The position numbers and the translations under genes were made by a program. 64,000 nucleotides of DNA, from positions 23,292 to 87,291 of the forward strand of contig JAJTYJ010000003.1 of the NCBI GenBank assembly GCA_021463485.1, read 5' to 3'. Below the pieces are notes generated by a model. The model was not told the origin of the DNA. It did no database searches and saw only the letters and a program-made list of their open reading frames with translations. This stretch comes from a bacterium (lineage in GTDB: Bacteria > Patescibacteriota > UBA1384 > 2-12-FULL-50-11). Of this stretch, positions 58,094-64,000 are shown piece by piece. Every line of letters starts with the position of its first letter. Within the stretch, counting starts at the first letter, position 1.

Positions 58094-58537
58094 ATGCAAA
58101 GAACGTTACTATTAGTACTATTTATCGTTATTTTAGCGGTCGGCGGGTATTTCTTGCTCAAATCGCAATCACAAGAGCCGGCTGAGACGACAAATACAAA
58201 CGAGCTGTCGGATGTAGAGCCAAAGAACACCGACGATAAAACCCCGATAACTACCAAAGAATCTGCTGAAGTTACCGTACTGTACGGTTCAAATGGCTAC
58301 TCACCGGCGACTGTAACGATTAAACGAGGGCAAAAGGTTACTTTTAAAAACGAGAGCGGTAAACAAATGTGGGTCGCGTCCGACGATCACCCAAGTCATT
58401 TAATCTACCCAGAATTTGACGCCAAAATCGGAGCTGCAACTGGATCGTCATACGAATTTGTTTTCGACAAGGTCGGGACGTGGCGGTACCATGACCACCT
58501 ATCGCCAAGCCGAACTGGTATCGTTATCGTCGAATAG
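58094..58537 (+). CDS. Membrane-anchored cupredoxin-fold protein
   Basis: YSPATVTIKRGQKVTFKN, HPSH, GTWRYHDHL..G.VIVE. Confidence 0.8.
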   Translation: MQRTLLLVLFIVILAVGGYFLLKSQSQEPAETTNTNELSDVEPKNTDDKTPITTKESAEVTVLYGSNGYSPATVTIKRGQKVTFKNESGKQMWVASDDHPSHLIYPEFDAKIGAATGSSYEFVFDKVGTWRYHDHLSPSRTGIVIVE

Positions 58538-60169
58538 TTATTCGCTGTGCTTTAACGATTTTTTCCGCTGCCGTGTGCGCTGGAAATTAAGACCGTAACG
58601 ATGAACTTCATCGCGGATGCGAGCTAGTAAAAGTAATCCTTTATGAAACCGCTTCGCTGGAACCGGTGTTTTACGGTTTGGGACAAATATTCGGTCTGGC
58701 TTTTTTGCAAGTGAAATAATTCGGACGGAATCACGCTGTGATTGGTTTAAGGCAGCGACGGCAAATTTCAACTGCTCAGGACCGCCATCAATTACTAATA
58801 AATCTGGTAACGGTCGAACAGTGTCGCTGAGTCGACGTGAAACTACTTCGCAAATCATCGCAAAATCGTTCTGGCCTTGAACTGTTTTAATAATATAACG
58901 CCGGTATTCGTTTTTTTCTGGCTGACCATGAATGAAACAAACGGAAGCACCAACTGGTTCGCTTGCTCCGAGGTTTGAGATGTCGATAGCCTCAAGTCGT
59001 TCCGGTATCGCCGGTAAGCCCAGTAATTCCTTCAGAGCAATTAGCCCTTCGAAAGCCCTATCTTGGTTAATAAGACGCTGCTGGAGTTTTGATTCGGCGT
59101 TTCTACTAGATAGCTGCACCATTTGCAATTTCTCACCGCGTTCTGCCGTTCGAAGCTCCACTCGACGCCCGCTCTGCTGGGAGAGCAATAGCTCGATCAG
59201 CTGCTGATCTTCAAGTACTTCAGAAATCGCAACAAGTTGTGGGATAGCGTGAAGCGTCGGATACATTGTGGTTAAAAAGTCGCGCAGAATTTTTCTGTTG
59301 AATTCCCCTGAATAGTTCTCAACGAAAAAGTGTTGCTGCCCGCTAACACGACCGTCTCGGATATGAGTTACACAAATAATAGCTGTAGTACTTGAACTAA
59401 ATACTCCGAGGGCGTCGTAGTCTTCGTTGTGCGTTGAGATTACCGACTGTGGCGTGGTGATCTGTTGGCTGGCATGGAGTCGATCGCGAAGTTTTGCTGC
59501 TCGCTCAAATTGTTTTGTTTCAGCAGCGCGTTCCATTTCCAGTTGTAAATCGTTAAGAATATTTTTGCGCTTACCTCTAAGAAATAACGTCGCCTTATCT
59601 ACTTTCTCCTCGTAAGCTTCTTGGCTAATTTCGCCAGCGCACGGACAGGGGTGCCCAGTTAGTTGGCAGTGAAAGCATGCTCTAGTTTTATTCACCTGTA
59701 ACGGTTTGTCGCTGATATGAATACCGTAGAGATCTCGCAAGAACTCAAGTGTGAATTGTGCGGATCGTGCCGATAAATACGGTCCGAAATAGTGTTCGTT
59801 AGTTTTACTGGTACGACGGCGAACGATTGAGAAGCGGGGAATTAACTCGCCGCGACTTAGTTTAATAAACGGGTAAGTTTTGTCGTCTGTGAGTTTGATA
59901 TTAAACTTTGGCAAATACTGTTTGATTAATGTTGATTCGAGCATTAATGCTTCAAGCTCGTTTGTGACAATTGTAGTTTCAATGCGCTTAATTAAACCAA
60001 TCATGACTGCGATCCATGGTCGGTCAGAGTGAGCGCCTGAAAAGTAGCTCCGAACCCGGTTTCGCAAATTGATCGCTTTACCGACGTAGAGCACCGAATC
60101 GGTCTCGTCGTAGAACATATATATTCCGGGTTTTGCCGGAATCTCTTTAAGCTGATCGCTGATTTTCAT
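58538..60169 (-). CDS. uvrC: Excinuclease ABC subunit C (no C-terminal HhH2)
   Basis: GIY-YIG (PGIY..YVGKA.NLR.R), UVR, DISN, IDGG, RDEVHR. Confidence 0.93.
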   Translation of the reverse strand: MKISDQLKEIPAKPGIYMFYDETDSVLYVGKAINLRNRVRSYFSGAHSDRPWIAVMIGLIKRIETTIVTNELEALMLESTLIKQYLPKFNIKLTDDKTYPFIKLSRGELIPRFSIVRRRTSKTNEHYFGPYLSARSAQFTLEFLRDLYGIHISDKPLQVNKTRACFHCQLTGHPCPCAGEISQEAYEEKVDKATLFLRGKRKNILNDLQLEMERAAETKQFERAAKLRDRLHASQQITTPQSVISTHNEDYDALGVFSSSTTAIICVTHIRDGRVSGQQHFFVENYSGEFNRKILRDFLTTMYPTLHAIPQLVAISEVLEDQQLIELLLSQQSGRRVELRTAERGEKLQMVQLSSRNAESKLQQRLINQDRAFEGLIALKELLGLPAIPERLEAIDISNLGASEPVGASVCFIHGQPEKNEYRRYIIKTVQGQNDFAMICEVVSRRLSDTVRPLPDLLVIDGGPEQLKFAVAALNQSQRDSVRIISLAKKPDRIFVPNRKTPVPAKRFHKGLLLLARIRDEVHRYGLNFQRTRQRKKSLKHSE

Positions 60170-60205
60170 CCAGAGTAGTATACCTGAAAATAAGGTGATA
60201 GTCCG

Positions 60206-60234
60206 TTGACATTAGCCCATTTAAACCATATAAT
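60206..60234 (+). promoter_or_regulatory. Perfect consensus sigma70 promoter
   Basis: TTGACA-N17-TATAAT. Confidence 0.85.
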
Positions 60235-60264
60235 CGATGAACCGTGTCACACGGAGGTGTACCT

Positions 60265-61014
60265 ATGAGTATTGAGAAAATCCTAACTGGGATGAATATT
60301 CCCGGCACGATCGTCCACATCAACGGGACGGTCAACGTTTACCACTTTTCCAGTGCGCTCCGGCGCATTCGGGGAGTCGAGGATGACGCGTCGTATGAAG
60401 AGCTGGCGCACGAGGTCCTGGCAATCCAAGACGACCCGTCGTATGTTCGGATCGAGCTTGGCGATCGCCGATTTCTGTTTGTCCCTAGAGAGCTCTCGGA
60501 TGTGATGGCGGTGTATACCGCAAGCATCAGAGACCAGCTGACGAACACGTTTAACCCGAGAGGATTAGCGGTCGCGTATTCGCAGCTTCGGTCGAGATCT
60601 AGCTCCGAAGGCGTGCTGATCGTGCTGTACCTCGATGCCAACAGATTCAAAGTCGTCAACGACGATTTTGGTCACGATGTCGGTGATCGAGTGCTAAAAG
60701 CGATGTGCAACCGCCTTCGTGGCCAACTCAAGCAAGACGACGTTGTTGCTAGGATCGGGGGCGACGAGTTTGTCGCGCTGGTCTGGCTTCCGAATGAAGA
60801 GCTAAAAAGCTACTTCATGGACACTCGACTTCCGCTAATCCAAGAGGTCGTTTGCGGGGAGCCGTACGCGATTAAGGACGGCAAGAAGATGTTGCCGACA
60901 GGTTTTGCGCTCGGTGTGCATATCCACTCGGGGGAGCTGCCGGAGAACTACACTGAGTTGCTGCGCCAAGCCGAGCTTGGCATGTACGCAGACAAAGGCG
61001 CTGTGGCGCGCTAA
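60265..61014 (+). CDS. GGDEF diguanylate cyclase-like protein
   Basis: DQLT..FN.R, DANRFKVVNDDFGHDVGD, RIGGDEF, MYADK; SD GGAGGT. Confidence 0.85.
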   Translation: MSIEKILTGMNIPGTIVHINGTVNVYHFSSALRRIRGVEDDASYEELAHEVLAIQDDPSYVRIELGDRRFLFVPRELSDVMAVYTASIRDQLTNTFNPRGLAVAYSQLRSRSSSEGVLIVLYLDANRFKVVNDDFGHDVGDRVLKAMCNRLRGQLKQDDVVARIGGDEFVALVWLPNEELKSYFMDTRLPLIQEVVCGEPYAIKDGKKMLPTGFALGVHIHSGELPENYTELLRQAELGMYADKGAVAR

Positions 61015-61026
61015 ACAATTCCGGAT

Positions 61027-61053
61027 CCGCGGGGCGAAAGCCCCGCATTTTTT
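61027..61053 (+). terminator. Intrinsic terminator
   Basis: GCGGGGC-GAAA-GCCCCGC followed by a T tract. Confidence 0.8.
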
Positions 61054-63889
61054 ATAGAATCTTAGCTAAGACCTTACCAGTTAGAGACTTAGGCTCTCGC
61101 GCAATTTGTTCTGGAGTACCCTTGGCGACAATTTCACCGCCATTGACACCGCCGCCAGGACCGAGATCGATAATCCAGTCAACAGATTTAATCACATCTA
61201 AATTATGTTCGATCACCACAATAGTATTACCGCGATCTACTAATTTTTGCAGTACTGCCAGTAATTTCTCTATGTCCGCAAAATGCAATCCAGTGGTTGG
61301 CTCGTCGAGGATATAAAGGGTTCTCCCAGTGTCGCGGCGAGATAGCTCGGCAGCAAGCTTAATACGCTGTGCTTCGCCGCCAGAGAGGGTTGGGGCGCTT
61401 TGACCAAGCCGAACGTACCCCAACCCAACTTGCTGCATCGTTACGAGCTTGTCTACAAGATTTGGAACCGGCTCAAAAAATTCAATAGCTTCATCGACAG
61501 TCATATTTAGAACTTGGTTAATGTTTTTTCCCTTCCAAAGTACTTCGAGCGTTTCACGGTTATACCGCGCGCCCTTACATACGTCACAAGTAACGTAGAC
61601 GTCTGGTAAGAAATTCATCTCGATCTTAATTTGTCCGTCACCCTGACAATTTTCGCAGCGACCACCGACCACGTTGAAACTAAAGCGCCCAGGTTTATAA
61701 CCGCGACTACGAGCCGCTGGAGTAGCGGCAAAAAGCTGACGAATTAAATCGAAAGACTTAGTGTAAGTAACCGGGTTTGAGCGCGGTGTTCGACCGATCG
61801 GGGATTGGTCTATCTCGATAATTTTGTCGATTTGATCGGTACCGGTAATGCCGGTATGTTTGCCGGGAACGCTGCTCCGAACTCCAAGCGTACGCGAGAT
61901 ACCCTTACTTAGAATCTCGGTAATAAGAGTTGATTTACCAGAACCTGAAACACCGGTCACGGCAGTAAATCGTCCAAGTGGAAAGCTAACAGAAACATTC
62001 TTTAAATTATTTTCGCTCGCTCCGTGAACAATAATATACGGATGTCTTTTTTCTATTGGGCGTCGTTCTGGAATTGTGATTGCCTTTTTGCCGTTAATAT
62101 ACGGAGCAGTAATAGAATTGGGATTGTTTAGTACTTCTTCTAAAGTTCCGGCGGCTACAATTTGTCCGCCGTGTTCGCCGGCGCCAGGCCCGATATCAAC
62201 CACGTAATCGGCGGCTTTTATAGTTTCTTCATCGTGTTCGACAACTACGACCGTATTACCTAAATCTCGCAGTTTTTTTAATGTCTCGATTAGTCGGTCA
62301 TTATCGGTTGGATGAAGTCCGATCGTCGGCTCGTCTAAAACGTATAAAATCCCCACTAACGCGGAGCCGATCTGTGAGGCTAATCGTATTCGCTGACCCT
62401 CACCGCCAGCCAATGTCGTTGCTGAACGATCAAGAGTTAAGTAAGTTAGCCCGACCTTACTTAAGAATTCGAGTCGATTGGTAATTTCATAAACCACTTT
62501 TTCTGCGATCGCTAGCTCGCGGCCGGTCAGTTTTAAGTTCTTAAAAAATTGGTACGCGTTATCAATTGAGAGCTGCGAGACTTCGGCGATATTTTTTTCG
62601 TTCACTTTTACGATTAGCGCTTCTTCTTTGAGGCGAGCACCTTTACAAGTTTGACACTCGTTGGTGAGCATATACTTTTCTATCTCATCTCGTACCGAAT
62701 CGGATTCGGTTTCGCGGTACCGTCCTTCAAGGTGAGGGACTAGTCCTTTGTACCAAACGTTGAAATACTGTGCTGTCCCACCGCTGAAATAGCGAAGTTT
62801 CATCTGGAACGGCGCGCCAGTGCCGTAGAGTAATTTTTTTATTTTCGACTCGTCCTGGCCTTCGAGCGGAGCATCAAAATCAAGCCCGAAATGCTCGCAG
62901 GCGTTACGAAGGAGTACGCCGTAATAGTTTGTTGCTGAATACGTCCACGGCATAATTGCTCCCTCGGAAACTGAAAGTTTTTTATTTGGAATAATAAGTT
63001 CTTCGGTGATTTCTTTTTTAAATCCGAGTCCGTGACAGTCTTCGCACGCACCGTACGGGCTATTAAACGAGAACGATCGCGGGGAGATCTCGCCTAGACT
63101 AAAGCCGTCGTACGGACAAGATAGCTCTTCAGAAAGCAGGATCTCGTCTTTTGGTTGGCTGTCTTCCCCAAGCACCGAAACAGCCACTAATCCTTTACTT
63201 AATTTCATTGCTGTTTCCATGGCATCGGTTAGACGCGACGGCGAAGACTGACCAATAATTAAGCGATCAACTAAAACCTCGATAGTATGAGCTTTGTATC
63301 GATCGAGCTCGATTCGGTCAGATAAGCTATAAGTTACGCCGTTTACTCTCGCAGAACCGAATCCGCCCTTAAATAAATCGTAAAGTAATTGATGGTACTC
63401 ACCCTTACGACCGCGAACCACTGGTGCGTAGATAATAATTCGAGTGCCTTCCGGCAAACCAGTGATTAAGTCGACCATCTGATCGACGCTTTGTCTTGTT
63501 ATTTTACGGCCGCACTTTGGGCAGTACGGTACGCCGATTCTGGCATAAAGAAGTCGTAAGTAATCGTAAATTTCGGTGACAGTACCAACTGTCGAGCGCG
63601 GGTTGTGGGAAACGGTTTTTTGATCGATCGAGATGGCAGGGGATAGCCCTTCAATGTAATCGACGTCAGGTTTTTCCATCTGCCCTAAAAATTGCCGGGC
63701 GTAGCTGGATAACGACTCCATATAACGACGCTGACCTTCGGCGTAAATTGTATCGAAAGCAAGCGAAGATTTGCCCGATCCGGATAGACCAGTTAATACA
63801 ATTAACTGATTGCGTGGTAATTCAACGTCAATGTTTTTGAGGTTGTGTTCGCGAGCTCCCTTGATAAAGATGACATCTTTCTGAGACAT
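61052..63889 (-). CDS. uvrA: Excinuclease ABC subunit A (copy 2)
   Basis: Same ABC and Zn-finger motifs as copy 1. Confidence 0.96.
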   Translation of the reverse strand: MSQKDVIFIKGAREHNLKNIDVELPRNQLIVLTGLSGSGKSSLAFDTIYAEGQRRYMESLSSYARQFLGQMEKPDVDYIEGLSPAISIDQKTVSHNPRSTVGTVTEIYDYLRLLYARIGVPYCPKCGRKITRQSVDQMVDLITGLPEGTRIIIYAPVVRGRKGEYHQLLYDLFKGGFGSARVNGVTYSLSDRIELDRYKAHTIEVLVDRLIIGQSSPSRLTDAMETAMKLSKGLVAVSVLGEDSQPKDEILLSEELSCPYDGFSLGEISPRSFSFNSPYGACEDCHGLGFKKEITEELIIPNKKLSVSEGAIMPWTYSATNYYGVLLRNACEHFGLDFDAPLEGQDESKIKKLLYGTGAPFQMKLRYFSGGTAQYFNVWYKGLVPHLEGRYRETESDSVRDEIEKYMLTNECQTCKGARLKEEALIVKVNEKNIAEVSQLSIDNAYQFFKNLKLTGRELAIAEKVVYEITNRLEFLSKVGLTYLTLDRSATTLAGGEGQRIRLASQIGSALVGILYVLDEPTIGLHPTDNDRLIETLKKLRDLGNTVVVVEHDEETIKAADYVVDIGPGAGEHGGQIVAAGTLEEVLNNPNSITAPYINGKKAITIPERRPIEKRHPYIIVHGASENNLKNVSVSFPLGRFTAVTGVSGSGKSTLITEILSKGISRTLGVRSSVPGKHTGITGTDQIDKIIEIDQSPIGRTPRSNPVTYTKSFDLIRQLFAATPAARSRGYKPGRFSFNVVGGRCENCQGDGQIKIEMNFLPDVYVTCDVCKGARYNRETLEVLWKGKNINQVLNMTVDEAIEFFEPVPNLVDKLVTMQQVGLGYVRLGQSAPTLSGGEAQRIKLAAELSRRDTGRTLYILDEPTTGLHFADIEKLLAVLQKLVDRGNTIVVIEHNLDVIKSVDWIIDLGPGGGVNGGEIVAKGTPEQIAREPKSLTGKVLAKIL

Positions 63890-63932
63890 CTCGTTATTGT
63901 ACCAAACAAATACCGAATGATTATTATCAATA

Positions 63933-63962
63933 ACAAAATAGGGCCTTCCGACCCTATTTTGT
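63933..63962. terminator. Hairpin/terminator
   Basis: ACAAAATAGGG..CCCTATTTTGT. Confidence 0.65.
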
Positions 63963-64000
63963 GCAAAGAACAGTTTTACTGATTTTGTTCTTTAGTTTGC

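Noticed and set aside
59800-60169. GIY-YIG homing endonuclease
   Set aside because: It is the normal N-terminal domain of UvrC.
1-64000. CRISPR array, prophage, IS or integrase
   Set aside because: No spaced direct-repeat array and no recognisable cas, phage structural, transposase or recombinase ORF.
1-64000. Alternative genetic code (UGA=Gly, code 25)
   Set aside because: Conserved genes are full length in the standard code, and several end at TGA (folD, rpiB, trmD, sod).

Overview
This is a compact bacterial chromosome segment using the standard genetic code. It is most consistent with Patescibacteria/CPR; that assignment is an inference from short or truncated core proteins, two uvrA copies, split transketolase, a TM-anchored Clp-like ATPase and many orphans. 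It holds about 60 CDS, 7 tRNAs, RNase P RNA and a class-II cobalamin riboswitch. The CDS cover translation (thrS, smpB, infC-rpmI-rplT, rpsP, trmD, rplY, der, ychF, tsaB/E), DNA repair (uvrA x2, uvrC, nfo, rnhB, priA) and a pentose-phosphate/glycolysis operon. No CRISPR, prophage or transposase was seen. The most notable features are: (1) many core genes look leaderless (a -10 box 6-7 nt before ATG), while scattered single-gene orphan units have strong SD sites and their own terminators; (2) a membrane-anchored Clp/Hsp100-like ATPase with a degenerate D1 domain and a coupled membrane partner, inside the rpsP-khpA-trmD cluster; (3) a Def-Fmt fusion; (4) a RuvC-like gene that needs an ATC start; (5) a B12 riboswitch upstream of a lone DUF4430 protein; (6) a 67-aa WYL-like gene abutting tRNA-Thr; (7) a tRNA-Asp-derived palindromic element; (8) a candidate rod-shaped ncRNA; (9) apparent CGATCG over-representation. 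All product calls come from motif recognition, not database searches.
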